The notes: generated from the sequence alone by a model not told the origin. DNA of 64,000 nucleotides from Hypanus sabinus (GCF_030144855.1 NC_082722.1:1860001-1924000), one strand, 5' to 3'; positions 37,165 to 51,139 are shown, counted from the first letter of the stretch. A program made the numbers and translations.

Positions 37165-38335
37165 AACAAAATACTCTGCAATTGCTGAGGTCAAAGCAAC
37201 GCAGAAAACGCTGGAGGAACTCAGCAGGTCGGGCAGCATCCATCAAATCGAACAGTCAACGTTTCAGGCCGAGACCCGTCATCAAGACTGAAGAGGGAGG
37301 GGGCAGGTGTCCTATAAGGAAGTTGGGGGACGATGGGAAGCAGAAGGTCAGCAGGTTCCAGGGAAAGATCAAGGGGTGGGGAGGGTAATCAGGGAGGTGA
37401 TAGGAAGGAAAGGTGAAGAATGAATGTAAGGGGAAAGTACTATGGGTAGAAGAAGGAGGTAGAAGCATGAGAGAGGGGATAGGCAGCAGGAGGAGGAGGC
37501 AGAGTGAAACTGGGATGGGGTTAGGGAGTGGGAGGGAATGACCAAAAGTTGGAGAACTCAGTGTTTATGCCAAAGGGCTGGAGACTACCCAGACCGTATA
37601 TGAGGTGTTGCTCCTCCAACCTGAGTTTAGCCTCATCATAGCAGTAGAGGAGGCCGTGTATGGACATATCCAAATGGGAATGTGAAGCAGTGTTCAAGTG
37701 CTGCCTCACCTGGAAGGACTGTTTGGGGCCCTGAATGGTGGTAAGAGAGGAGGTGTAGGGACAGGTGTAGCACTTACGCTTGCAGGGAAAAGTGCCAGGT
37801 GGGAGATCTGTGGGTAGGGACTGTGAACCAGGGAGTCATGGAGGGAACAATCCCTGCGGAAAGCGGAGAGGGGTAGAGACGGAAAGATGTGCTTAGTGGT
37901 GGGGTCCTGTTGAAGGTGGCGGAAGTTGCGGAGGATAATGTGTTCGCTCTGGCGGCTGGTGGGGTGGTAGGTGAGAACAAGGGGAACTCTGTCCCTGTAG
38001 TGGTGACGGCAGGATGGGATGAGGGCGGAAGTACGGGAAATGGAAGAGATGTTGGTGAGGGCATCACTGATGATGGCACGACCCTTAAAGGAAGAGGACA
38101 TTTGAGATGTCCTGGAACGGAAAGCCTCATCCTGGGAGCAGATGCGGCGGAGACAGAGGAACTGGGAATACGGAATAGCATTTTTGCATGTGGCAGGGTG
38201 GGAAGAGGTATAGTCCAGGTAATTATGAGGGTCAGTGGGTTTATAAAAGTCGTCTATGGACAGTTTGTACCCACAGATGGGAACCGAGAGTTCCGTGCCT
38301 GCCATGAGGCTACGTCTCCGAGCCTGATACTTTAA
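37165..38335 (-). mobile_element. Penelope-like element (RT C-terminus, partly deleted GIY-YIG, pLTR)
   Basis: ORF 37706..38338 YKPTDPHNYLDYTSSHPATCKNAIPYSQFLCLRRICS. ORF 37521..37709 HFN-like HLNTASHS...LRLEEQHLIYGLGSLQP. Confidence 0.85.
37253..37290 (-). ncRNA. Hammerhead ribozyme motif variant (TTGATGA core)
   Basis: Reverse complement reads CAGTC-TTGATGA-C-GGGT CTCG GCCT-GAAAC-GTT-GACTG. Perfect 5-bp stem I, but C3->U in the core. Confidence 0.4.
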
Positions 38336-39156
38336 CAAGGATTCGCGTCCCCCTATTGATGACCCCTTCTCCCGTCTTCAACCCTCCTCCTGCATCTGGA
38401 CAACACCGCACCCCCGGGCTTTCTTCCTGCACTCGATCTTTTCATCTCCAACTGTCGCCGAAACATCAACCATCTCAACTTCACCACTCCTCTCTCCTGT
38501 TCCAACCTCACTCCCTCTGAACGCACTGATCAAATAAGGATGCAAAACCTCCATGAAAAGTCTCCCACATCCTTTTTGGCTCTAGCCAAGGACTATTGTT
38601 CTGATATTCCAAAGGGAGAATTTTATCTGTTGCAATCATTTTTTCTTAACATATCTATAGAAAGCCTAGAAACTGTCCTTTACCTTGCCTGCTAGAGTAG
38701 ACGTGTGTCCCCCTTAAGCCATCCTGATTTCTCTCTTGAATGTCCTCTTCCATTTCTTATAATTCTCAAGCACTTCCTTTACTCCTACCCGCCTATTCTT
38801 GCTTTGCCCTTCATTTATTGCTTTTTATTTTCTTAACTTTATTTAACTAGGTCCTGAATAACTCTGGAAAAGCAAGGTTCTCCAAGCCTTTCATCCTTGC
38901 CTTTTATTATGATAGGCACTGGAAATTTCAGTTTTGAAGTACCTTTACTTACCACGTATAGTTTTGCAAGAAAACAGTGAATCCCAATCCTTAGCTGTTA
39001 GATACATTCGGATACCAGCAAAACATCCTTTTACTCTGTTTAGGATCTCAGTCCAAGCAAATGACCCATTCCTTTTCCATAATTGCATTGAAACTTTTCT
39101 CTATACAAACTTCCCTAACTTTCCCTAATGGGAAATCAGCACTTGCACACTATCTC

Positions 39157-39319
39157 ACACAAACATCTGGAGGAACTCAGCAGGTTAGGCAGCATCTATG
39201 GTAAAGAAAACAGTTGACGTTACTGGCTGGGTCCCAGCTCAAAACGTCGACTGTCCTCCAGCATTTTGGCTATACTGCTTGGATTCCAACATCTGCAGAT
39301 TTTCTATTGTTTCGGATTA
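39157..39319. mobile_element. 163-bp mini-Penelope insert with inversion and 11-bp TSD (1 mismatch)
   Basis: CACACTATCTC at 39146-39156 versus CACAGTATCTC at 39320-39330. Minus pLTR piece joined to a plus pLTR piece (CAGTTGACGTT ... AACGTCGACTG). Confidence 0.6.
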
Positions 39320-40084
39320 CACAGTATCTCGTTGGGATTTCTATGTAACAATTAAGGAAACGCTCTTCAACATATTTCATAAACTCAAGCCCATCTAGTG
39401 CTTTTATAGTATGAATGTCCCAGACAATATGTGGAAATTGAAAATAATTTACTATGGCAGCCTTATGTTTCTGGCAATCATCTGCGATGTCTCTAGGAAT
39501 TTGTTCCTCTAAATTCCGCGGACATTTGGGTGGTCTATTATAAAGCCCCAATAACGGACTTATTCAATGCTTCGGCCACAGAACCACACTAGACGAGTTC
39601 TCCAGCTTGTCCTAACTGAGTACTGTCGTGCGATGTTCCCTGAATAGTAAAGCCGTCTTAATCCCTTAAATTCCCACTCTCTATCATGTCAAAGCCAGCG
39701 GAACAGTGGAATATTGAGCTGCCAGTCCTACCCCTTCTTCAAACAAATTTCATGATTCCATGTGTAAATCCATGCCCTGAATTCATCGGACTTTTCTACA
39801 ATACTTTTTGCTCTGAAATATACGCAACTCAGAACATTAGTCCCGCCAGGCTTAAACATTTGTCCTGACTTTGTCTGAGTTCTTTTCAACATCTGTGACC
39901 GAAATCACCGTATTATCTGCTCTAGCTCTGTGGTACCAATTGCCCACTCCCCGCAACCGGCAACAAGTTTAACAGCCCCATCCCACCGTGCAGTACTAGC
40001 GAACCTTACTGCTGGAATATTAATCCCCTCATCCCCGCCAGTTTAGATGTAACCCATCTTCTGTACAGGTCCCACCTTCCCTGG

Positions 40085-40113
40085 CATTACCCTAACCCTA
40101 ACCCTAACCCTGG
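40085..40113 (-). repeat. Short interstitial telomeric-type repeat (TTAGGG)n
   Basis: CATTACCCTAACCCTAACCCTAACCCTGG inside a decayed CR1 fragment, flanked by CCCTGG at 40079-40084 and 40108-40113. Confidence 0.65.
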
Positions 40114-40224
40114 AGGAGAGCCCATGTACTGATACACATTAATCTGCTAGTACTACGTACTGATGCAAATGATGCTCCAATCTAGTGGTTACGATAAATT
40201 TCCAAGTCGAAATTAACCATCTGG

Positions 40225-40537
40225 ATCCAACTCAATGGTCACTTTATTATGTACACCCGAACGCATGTTCGTAATGCAAACAGCTAATGATCCAACATGC
40301 GTTAGCAACTCAATGCATAAAAGCATACAGGCATAGTCAGTAGTTTCAGATATTGCTCAGACAAAACATCAGATTGTGAAAAAAATATGAACTAAGTTAT
40401 TTTGACTGTGGGATCAATGTTAGTGCCATATAGTGTGGTTTAATTGTTTTTGAAACTGCTGATCTCCTAGGATTTTCAAGCACAGCAGTCGAGTTTATAG
40501 AGAATTGTGAGAAAAAAGAAAGCAAAACTCATCCTAG
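40225..40537 (+). mobile_element. Tc1/mariner-like fragment
   Basis: GGTCACTTTATTATGTACACC resembles a Tc1 TIR. GAAACTGCTGATCTCCTAGGATTTTCAAGCAC resembles the transposase HTH region (ETADLLGFS). Confidence 0.5.
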
Positions 40538-40544
40538 TAGTTTA

Positions 40545-43333
40545 TTTATTGATTGATATCTCAAACAAAGAGAAGGAAGCAGTTCCAGATGCTTGAAAGG
40601 TTTGTATCCTTGAAAGAAGGATCTACTCTTGTGCCAACAAAAATCCTTAGGGATACTGGTGCTTCTCAATCACTGATGTTAGACAGTGTGTTGAAGTTTA
40701 ATGAAGAGTCTGATACTGGTAAGGTAAATTACATAAGAGGGGTTGGGAGTGATTTTATGCCTGTACATTTACATAAAGTATATTTAATGTCAGGGTTAGT
40801 TACAGGATTTGTTAAAGTAGGATTACAGCATAGCTTACCTGTGAAGGGTATTTCTTTATTGTTAGGTAATGACTTGGCAAGTGGACAAGATTTTCCTGAA
40901 GTGCATTTGACAATGGAGTCAGAGGAACCAGAGTTGAATTCTAACACAGATTCTTCCTGTGTTGTGACTAGAGCTATGGCTAAAAAGATTGATGCGCAGA
41001 ATGCGGTTGTTACTCAGGACTGTTCAATTCAGTTTTGAGGATGTGTCAGAGACAGGAACTGATACTTGGGAAGCACACATTATTGCGATGGAGAAATTGT
41101 TTGAAAGGCTTTCAAAAGCTAACTTAACTATTAATTTAGCTAAGAGTGAATTTGGACATGCCACTGTGACTTACCTTTGTTATGTTGTGAGTCAAGGTAA
41201 GGTAGCTCCTGTTCAGGCAATTAGACGCAGTTTAGTTGAAGGATGAAGTTTTCATCTAATGCCTAAAGTTTAAAAGGTCATTGCCAGCAGGTTCTTTACG
41301 ATTCTGCTAGTTCGAGACATTGGAGAGTGAAGATCAAAGTTCGGGAGTTAAAGATCGAGGAGAATCGCTTTCTATGGTGAAACGGGTTCGACCTTTGTTT
41401 GATCCTTATTTGGAAGGATTTCGTTGACTATCTTCGTGTTAATCCCTGGGGTTTGACCAGAAAGGATTGAAGATAGTGAGGGAGGAAAGGGCAGTGCCTT
41501 TAAGCCGTTTCGTTTCGTAAATTCTTCGTGGAAAATTCAACGTCGGGGATCGAAGCAAGCGACGTGAAAGAGAATTTAAATCGTCTTAGAAAGTTTCTCC
41601 TTTTAAATGGAGTGTGAGCATATCGAACTTTTGGCAATACCACTTTAAAGAACTGTTTTTGCAATATCGCTTTAAGAACTGTTTGAGCTGCCGCACAGCA
41701 GTTGATTTCCGGTTACGTTAGTGTTTGTTTACTTTTGGGGGGTTTGTTTTCAGTGTTTAATAAACGTGTTGTTTGTTATAAAAAACCCATATACTTATTG
41801 TTGCCTGAATACGTAACACCAGCTTTCTTACAATAGTTACAAATAAGACCAAACTGTCTTTCCTTCACAGGTTTTCCTTCCTCCTTACCTTTCTCATTAA
41901 CTTCTGATTTAATTTCTGATTCACCTTGAGTCTCCGTGTTATTTTTCCTCTTAAAAATTCTGCCCTGAGGAAATTTATTCTTATGGATTGAAACATACTC
42001 ATCAGTTAATCTAGCACAGTCCTGCAACTTATCAGTAGCCCTCTCATTTAAGTGGGTACTTACTTCAACAGGAATGCTTCTTTTAAATTCCTCCATTAAA
42101 ATCAGACAATGTATCATTGTCCTCATTTACATTTTTAGAAGATATCCATCTCTCAAAACACACAGCTTTATCATAGGCAAATTCCACATAAGTTTTTTCC
42201 CACAGACTTCTTCAAACTTCTGAATCTTTTTCTATACACTTCTGGGACTAATTCGTATGCTTTTAAAACATGCTTTTTCAAAATATCATAATCAAGTGCT
42301 TGCGCAGCAGTTAAAGCTGTATATACTTGTTGTGCTTTGCCTTTAATTACAGTCTGTAACAACACTGACCATTTATCTTTCGGCCACTCTGAAATCTGAG
42401 CAATCGTTTCAAAATGTTCAAAATATCTTTCCACTTCTGTTTCACTAAATGGTGGGACCAATGTAATTTCCTGACTAGCAACAAACGATTTTCTTGAACC
42501 CGCAGACTGATGCCCAGACCTTAATTCCGTCATTGCATATTCAAAATCCCTTTGTTTCTGATCAGCTTCGAAACTACAACGCTCCAACTTCATTTGTTCG
42601 ATTTGTAACTGCATCTCCAGATTACTTATTGGAAACGACTCTAAAGTCGATTAATCAAAATCACTCGAATCCATATAGTGTGACGCGATTTTTCTCTGTA
42701 TTACAGCCTCTGATGTAGTCTTCAAAATACCTTTAAGTTGCAACCTGCTGGCTATCTCAGACTCCTCAGTTTTTTTCGACTTCGCTAACAACTCCACGTC
42801 TGGCGAAGCCAGAAGCTCATCAATATTCATTGTTGCCGAATACCACTCACAAGCCAATCAAACAAAAGAATCGAGTATTCCCCTTTTCCAAAACACCGAT
42901 TCAAAATTTAACAAGCATTAAAACACAAATGATCAGATCCCTGACGAGCCCCCATATTTACGATACGGATTCAAGCAACAATAAATTTATGAGTTAGTCA
43001 GGGGTTTTTATAACAAATAACATGCTTATTAAACACTGAAAACAAACCCTCCAAAAGTAAACAAATCACTAACGTAACCGGAAGTCAGCTGCTGTGCGGC
43101 AGCTTAAACAGTTCTTAAAGTAATGAAGCTTAAACATTTCTTAAAGCGATGTTGCAAAAACAGTTCTTCAAAGTAGAATTGCAAAAGTTCAAAATGCTTA
43201 CAGTCCATTTAAGGGAGATACTTTTTAAGACGATTAAAATTCTCTTTCACGTCGTGTTGCTTCGGTTCCCAAAATCGAACTTTTCCCCCGAAGAATTTAC
43301 ATAGATGGACAAATGAAACGGCTTAAAGGCACT
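40545..43333. mobile_element. Second-family Gypsy element with tRNA-Pro PBS and internal inversion
   Basis: Minus: truncated 5' LTR about 42957-43333, PBS TGGGGGCTCGTCAGGGAT at 42937-42954, gag (VPPFSETEVERYFEHFE...) to knuckle CNYCKKAG at 41819. Plus: protease ILRDTGASQSL, RT fragment LSKANLTINLAKSEFG, LTR ending TACGTAACA at 41818. Confidence 0.8.
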
Positions 43334-43344
43334 GACGTTCCTTT

Positions 43345-44320
43345 ACAGAACTGTTCAATGATCTGGATGATAATGTGGTAAATTGGATCACCAAATTTGT
43401 TGATGATACAAAGATTGGAGCTGTAGTGGACAGTGAGGAGGGGTTTCAAAGCTTGCAGAGGGATTTGGATCAGCTGGAAAATGGGCTGATAGATGGCAGA
43501 TGGGGTTTAATGCTGACAAGTGTGAGGTATTGCACTTTGGAAGAAGTAACGAATGTAGAACATACAAGGTAAATAGTACGATACCGAGGAATGTAGTAGA
43601 ACAGAGGAATCTGTGAATACAGATGCATAATTCCCTAAAAGTGGCGTCACAGGGAGACAGGGTCGTAAAGAAATCTTTTGGTACATTAGCCCTTATAAAG
43701 CAAAGTATCGAGTATAAGAGTTGGCATGTTATGGTGAGGGTGTATAAACATTCGTGAGGTCGAATTTGGAGTATTGTGTGCAGTTTTGGTCACCTAACTA
43801 CAGGAAGGATATCAATGAGGTTGAAAGATTGCAGAGAAGGTTTACAAGGATGTTCCCGGGACTTGAGAAACTGAGTTACAGAGAAAGGTTGAATAGGATA
43901 GGACTTAATTCCCTGGAGCGTAGAAGAATGAGAGGAGACTTGATAGCGGTATATAAAATTATGATGGGTATAGATGGAGTGAACGCAAGCAGGCTTTTTC
44001 CACTGAGTCTAGGGGAAACAGAAAACAGAGAACATGGGTTACGGGAGAAAGGGGAAAAGTTTAAAAGGAATATTGTTGGGGTTTCTGCATACAGAGAGCG
44101 GTGGGAGTGTGGAATGAGCTGCCAGATGAAGTGGTAAATGCGGGCTCAGTTTTCCCATTTAAGGAAAACTTGGACAGGTACATGGATGAGATGTGTATGG
44201 AAGGTTATTGTCCAGGTGCAGGTCAGTGGACTAAGCAGAAAAATGGTTCGGTACAGCCAAGAAGGACTGAAGAGCCTGTTTCTGTGCTGTAAAGGTCTAT
44301 GTTTCTATGGTTCTATGTGC
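43345..44320 (+). mobile_element. 5'-truncated CR1 LINE
   Basis: KFVDDTKIG and LEYCVQFWSPNYRKDI. TTCTATG repeat tail at about 44296-44318. Confidence 0.85.
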
Positions 44321-44339
44321 CACCTTAAATTGTATGAGG

Positions 44340-45100
44340 GGATGACGAGCACATAGCGATGAAGTATTAACCAGTTTAAAAATTTCATTCCATGTTTCCT
44401 CAGATATTGATGTCTCTAAATCTTGTTCCCAGAGATTCTTAATTTTGTCAAAAGGAACATTCCTCGTCTCCAGTAACATACCATAAATATTAGACATTGA
44501 ACCATTATGAAAAGTTATCAAACTAAAATTTACATCTAGTACGTTCTTATCCGAACTTTTGGAAATGTGCATAATTGAGCTCTTAAAAGTCTCTGATTTG
44601 TAAATATCTGAAAAAGTGAGTACTGAGTAAGCTATATTTAGCTGACAATTGGTCAAATGAAAAAGAAAGATTTCCTTCAACAAACAGATCCGAAAAGCAT
44701 TTAATACACAAACTGTCTTAGTCTTAAAAAACTAAATCAGTCATGGAGGGTTTAAAAAATTAAAATAAATGGTACTTGAAAGGGAAATTCTCAATAAATC
44801 AAAATGTTTTCTAAATTGTATCCAGATCCTCAGAGTATGTTTAACTACCAAATTATCAGTTAGTTTACTTACAACTAAAGGAAGTGGGGATCCAAGAACA
44901 GAAATAATAGAAAATTTATTAACAGAGTTAGCTTCTAAAGGGACCCATACCGGATAGTCTGCACGATGAATAGAATATAGTCAAAACCTAAGATATCGTA
45001 TATTAACTGCACAGTAATAAATCCTAAAATTAGGTAAAGCTAAACCTCCAGACTTTTTGGATTTTAGATTCTGGGCCAAATCTTGAAAAATATTGGAAGG
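44340..45100 (-). mobile_element. Degenerate L1 ORF2 3' fragment
   Basis: WEQDLETSISEETWNEIF...SSLCARHPLIQFKVAHR. Confidence 0.65.
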
Positions 45101-45109
45101 AAGATATTA

Positions 45110-46430
45110 GACATGTCATGTCATGTTTAAATTTGAAGAAGATTCGTTGTTGTATTTCTGAATCTCCCATTTCCATTCCGATATGTCTATGCATAGTCTC
45201 CTCCACTGTCATGATGAGGCCACACTTGGGTTGAAGGAAGAGCACCTTATATTCCGCTTGGGTAGCTTCCAACCTGATAGCAAAAACATCGATGTCTCAA
45301 ACTAACGGTAATGTCCTACCCTCCTACACCATTTCCCATCTACTTCCGCTCTCTCACTTATCTCCTTGCCCGCCCAGCACCCAGCGCCTCCCTCTAGGGC
45401 TGCTCCGCTTTTCTTTATTCCATGGCCTTCTGACTCCTTAACCAATTGATTTTCCCGCTCCTTACTTCGTCCCCTCCCCCTTCAGTATTCCACCTACCAC
45501 CTCTCTCCGCACCCGACTCCTCAGCTTTTTCCTCTGCAGTCTTGCAGAGAGGTTTCGGCCCAGAATGTCAGCTGTACTCTTTTCCAAGATGCTGCCTGGC
45601 CTGCTGAGTTCATCCAGCATTTTGTGGCTTTTGCTTGGATTTTCAGCTGCTGCAGATTTGCTCGTCTTTGTTTCATTTCAGAGAACTGGTGTGTTGTCGT
45701 TGCACATGATTAGTTAAATGTTCTGCTACATATTGTATGATTCATTAACTCTACTTCTTGTGGAAATATAATTCAAAAAATTGAAGATGCCAAGAAGCTG
45801 AAATCTGTATTTAATTTTTCTTCATGGAATTTTGAACCTGGAAAATTAGCTAGAAAATGAAAGGGGTGAATGATAATTAATCAGCAGAAATTTGTAAATA
45901 GTTATCGATTTGCACAATGCCAAGTTAACAATATGTTGAAAAGAAACACGAGAAAATATACAAACGCTAGAAATCTAAAGCAACGCACACAAAATGCTGG
46001 AGGAACTCAGCAAGCTAGGCAGCATGTATAGCTAAGAGTAAACATGCGGGGTTTCTGGCCGAGATCCTCAATCAGGATTGAAAATGAGGGGAAGAATAAG
46101 AAGGGAGGAGGGACAGAGGAGAACAAAGTAAAACCTAGCAGGTGATAAGTGAAACTGGGAAAGTGGGGGCGCTGACGTAAAGAGCTGGGAAGTTGATTGG
46201 TGAAAGAAATAAAAGGCTGCAGGGTGAGTCTGATCGCAGAAGGCAGTAGACCACGATGGAAAAGAAACGCATTAGAGAAGTGATGAGCAGGTAAGAAGAG
46301 AAGCTGTGAGAAAGAAACAAGAATGGGGAATGGTGAAGGGAAGAGTGTGAAGATCAGAAGCAGCGGAAGTTCGAGAAATCAATGTTCATGCCATCAGATT
46401 GGAGGGTACCCAGTCGGAATATGAGGTGTT
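45110..46430. mobile_element. Penelope 3'/pLTR fragments (about 45110-45690 plus, about 45950-46430 minus)
   Basis: EEHLIFRLGSFQP and GATATGCCTGGCCTGCTGAGTT-type pLTR ends matching other copies. Confidence 0.7.
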
Positions 46431-46800
46431 GCTCCTCCAAATAGAGTGTGCCCTCATCGTGGTAGTAGTGGTACTGTTTGAGTCAGTAGCCAAGCTCTAC
46501 AGTAAAATCAGCTGGAAAGTCAGGAACATTTATTCACTTACTTATCCAAGACACGTGATCCCCAGAAGATGTTTAACTGTTCTAATATTATTTTTTGATC
46601 CCGAAACTGCAATCCGTTGTTGAGATCTCATGAACACTGCTTTTAACCATAAAATTCTCAGGAAAAAATGGCGCAACAGAAAATACACTGAATAATCTCA
46701 GCCGGAGTACAATGTCTATAGTGGATAATGGATATTCGACTTCTATGATCGAGACCTTTCTTCTGGCCGTAACGTTAGCTTTAAATGCTATTTTGATAGA

Positions 46801-49800
46801 TATTTTCTTTTCAAATCTTCTTCTTCTTATTATTATTCAAAATACAAGAGTGCATCGAAGTAAGTAACACTTACAATCTCAAAAGAGAAAAGAAACAATA
46901 TTATGGATTGAAAAATATGGTGACACAAAGAAAGAGAAGAAAAGGAAAAAACCCGATTAAAGCAAGAAAAAGGTGAGAAAAAGAACCCATTCGGTGTTCA
47001 GCCCCGGAGCCGTGCGTCATACAAAAAGCTCCTAAACATCAAACTGGCAACAAAATAAAAAAAAAATACAATTAGATCATGGAGAAAATCTATCAATTAA
47101 CTTAAATGGTAACAACGAGCAAATGAACCTCATCTTTTCTCTTTAACCAACTTCAAGATCCGCATCCAGTCCTCAGTTATAAAAGTCAAATTAACTTTCT
47201 TTTTCCCAATCTTGTTTAATCTTAAAGAAAGTGCGCTTATCCCATTGTAATAATAAGTTATAGATTCTTCCAATGGAACCCTTCATCAAAGGCTTCATAC
47301 TGATAATAGTATCTAATAGGTCGACCTCTAATATGCAAGGAAAATTACTTAAATATTTTTGTAAGAAATGTCTAACTTGAAGGTATTGGAAGAAGTGTGA
47401 AAATGAAAGAGAGTATTTATCAACTAATTGTTCAAAAGACATCAGTCTATCTTTTATAAATAGATCCAAAAACGAATTAATACCATTTATTTTTCCAAAA
47501 TAAAAAATTGGATCACTCAAAGAAGACTTAATAATAATTTTGATAAACTAAACTACAAAGTTTATTTTTTTAAGATTAAATAAAATTACAGAACTCGAGC
47601 CAAATTTGTAAAGAATACTTAATCACAGGCTATAAATTTAAATTAGCAACTTTAGTTAATTGTATAGGTAGAGCAGCTCCCAATAGCGAGGTTAAATAAA
47701 ACTGTTTCACGGCTTTCAATACCAAATCTAACCAAATTGGCCCCTCATTCTTATCAACCCAGTATAACCAAACGGACATATATCGCACATTAACAGCCCA
47801 GTGAGACATTGTTAAATTAGGCAAAGCAAGACTTTCATCCTTTTTCAATTTTCCTAAGTGACATTTACCAATTCTTGGTCTTTTATCATTTCAAATAAAA
47901 GATGTGATAATAGAATCAATTCGATCAAAAAACCTCTTAGTCAATAAAAGGCATATTCTGAAATAAATATAAAAATGATGGTAAAGTCATCATTTTAACT
48001 ATATGGATGCGGCCAGCAAGTTGAAACGTAAGTGGGTTCCATCTGTTAAATAAATACTTCATAGAGTCTACAAGGGAACAAAATTAGCTTTATAAAGATC
48101 CTTTTTTTAGTGATTATAACGCCTAGATATCTAAATGAATCCATAACTTTGAAAGGAGTATTATCATATATAGAAACAGATTCATTTAAAGGAAACAGTT
48201 CACTTTTAATAAAATTTATTTTATATCCAGAAAAATCTCCAGATTCATTGAATAATTTTAGCAAGGTAGGGATAGGTTCCTCAGGATTAGATATGTAAAC
48301 CAGTAAATCGTCAGCATAAAGAGAAATCTCATGAATAGCCCCATTCACAAGAATCCCATGAATATCTTTAGCTTCACGAAGAGCAATAGCAAGGGGTTCT
48401 AATATTAAGTTAAAGTGCAAAGGACTTAATGGGCAACCCTGTCTTGTTCCCCGTGAAAGCTGAAAAAGGGGATCTAGAATTATTAGTAACAGCAGAGGCA
48501 ATAGGAGTTTTATGCATCATTCTAATCCAATTATTAAAATTAACACCAAAGCCAAATTTTTCTTAAAAATTAAGTATTTTCACTCTACTCGATTAAACAC
48601 TTTTCCAGCATCCAAAGAGATGACGTATTGAGGAGTTTTAAAAGAAGATGTATACATAATATTAAATAATCAACAAACATTTGAAAAGGAATAAAGACTC
48701 TTTATAAATCCTGTTTGACCATTAAAAATAATTTTACTCAAAACATAATCCAACCGATTGGCCATTATCTTTGACAGGGTCTTGGCATCAATATTCATTA
48801 ATGAAATAGGTCTGTGTGAGGCACAATCAGTAGGATCTTTATGCTTTTTAAGAATTAAAGAAATAGAAGCTGCTTAAAAATTAGAGGGCAAATGACCTTT
48901 CCTAAAAGAGTCCCGAAACATTTCCAACATATACGGAGAAAGCAATTTTCCAATTTTTTTTAATAAAACTCTACAGGATAACCATCAAGTCCAGGGGCCT
49001 TACCAGATTGCATTGAAAAAATAGCTTTATGAAATTTGGCTTCAGTAATCCGAGCATCAAGAGTTTTTTGATTCTCAACAGAAATTTGACGAAAAGCAAT
49101 TATTGTAAAAAAAACTTACATTTTAGAAGAATCAACTGGAAATTGACATGTAAAAGTTAAGTATAAAAATCTTGAAAAATCTTATTAATTTCTTCATATT
49201 CTCAAGCTAGGGTGCCATCTGTCCTATGAATTTTCAAAATTTGCCTTTTGGCTCTGGCCATTTTTAATTGAGATGCAAGCAGTTTGTTATTTTGATCTCC
49301 AAACATATAAAATTAACTTTTAAGCTCAAGCAAGTAGCCTTCAATAGGCTGAGTTAATAATAAATTATATTGAAGTTCCACCCTTTGTTTAAATGTCAAT
49401 ATTAGGGGAATTCTCATAAATATTATCTAAATCTTTTATTTGTTTTGAATCTTAACTAATTCTACTTTAGTCTATTTTTAAGCTTAGCTGAATAATAAAT
49501 GATCTGACCACGTAGAAATGATTTAAATGTGTCCCATGTGATTAATTTAGACATACCCCCTATATCCTTAAAAAGAAAAAAAATATTTTATCTGTGTTTC
49601 AGTAAAACTAACGAAGTTAGAATTTTGCAATAATGTTTGGGATAGTCGCCAAGGTGGGCGGCAAGTACGACATCATCGAATTCAAAAGACAGATTCAAAG
49701 GCACGTGATCAGATATAGCAATAGCTCGTATTCACAATTCTTAACGCCAGGCAAGAGGCGCGGGTCGACTATAATATAATCGATCCTCGAATATTTCCTA

Positions 49801-51103
49801 TAAATATGTGAGAAAAAAGAATATTCTCAGTAATTATGGTGTAAATATGTCCATAGTTCAATCAATCCATAATCGGTCAAAAAGGAATGAATAAGTGACG
49901 CAAACGATTTGGTAGTCGCTGATTCGTTGAGCTCTTGTCAATCAAGGGATATAAACAACAGTTAAAATTCCAGCTCATTATCAACAGATATTCATTTAAA
50001 TCAGGCCATAGAGCAAATACATAAAAAAAGGATCATCTAGGTTAGGACCATACAAATTGACCAAAACAAATATTCTATTACAAATTACTCATTTAACAAT
50101 TAAAAATCTACCATTAAAATCTGACTTGATATCCTCTTGAAGGAGCAAAATATTAGATTTAATAAAAATAGACATCCCTTTAGTTTTGCTTTGAAAAGTA
50201 GAGTGAAATTGCAAACCATTCCATGATCCAAAAAATCTGTCTTGATCTCCCGCCCTGATATGCGTCTCTTGGAAATAATTATATCAGGCTGGAATCGATT
50301 AATAATTTCAAAATTCTTTTTTCGTTTGATAGGATGATTCCAACCACATACATTTCAACTTATTATTTTTATCCGTTTAAATACCACACGATAATTTTAT
50401 TCTAACTTACACATGCGCAGAGCATATACCAATACGAGATTATCAAAAATGGCGGCGATGAAGAATACCACCATATAAAAAGCACGCATGCTCCGGAACC
50501 ACGCAATGGGAAAAACCCCCTAACTCTAACTGTAACCCCACCCCCCTCCCCACCCCCACAGCTCAGAAAAAAGCAAGCGCCTTATGATAGAAAAACGAAG
50601 CTTGCACTGCTCTGTCTGTCCAAAGAAAATTTGAAAAGATTCCATACCCTGCCCCCAGTTTAAAAAAATGAAATCCACTTATGTTGTAAAAGAAGTGAGA
50701 AAGTCTCAACAGTGTTTCCATTTCAGCATCTACAGACTATCCCATGTTTACATTTAATCTTTTTTAAGCAAAAAGAAAACCAAAAAATTATTTCTGAAAA
50801 AGAAAAAAAAGAGGCATCTTGAATTTAACATTAGATCCCATAAAAATGCTTTAAATTCAGTTATAAGACGCTATAATATTCTATCACAAAATATACTAAT
50901 ATATTGAAAAGAAATTTTAAAAGATAAACAGTTATTAAAATCTAAAATATATTACATAGAGAAACCAAGCACAGTATTCGATAACAAATCGACATTTTTT
51001 TTTAAAGGCTTAAAAAAGCAAGAAACGTTAATAGCAAATTTAACCCAATTAAATTTCCAAAACTACCGACTAATATTATATTAATAAGTGAAACCTCTGC
51101 TAA

Positions 51104-51139
<36 letters not shown>

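Noticed and set aside
42937-42954. tRNA-Pro gene
   Set aside because: Only the 18-nt primer-binding site complementary to the tRNA 3' end. No cloverleaf or A/B boxes.
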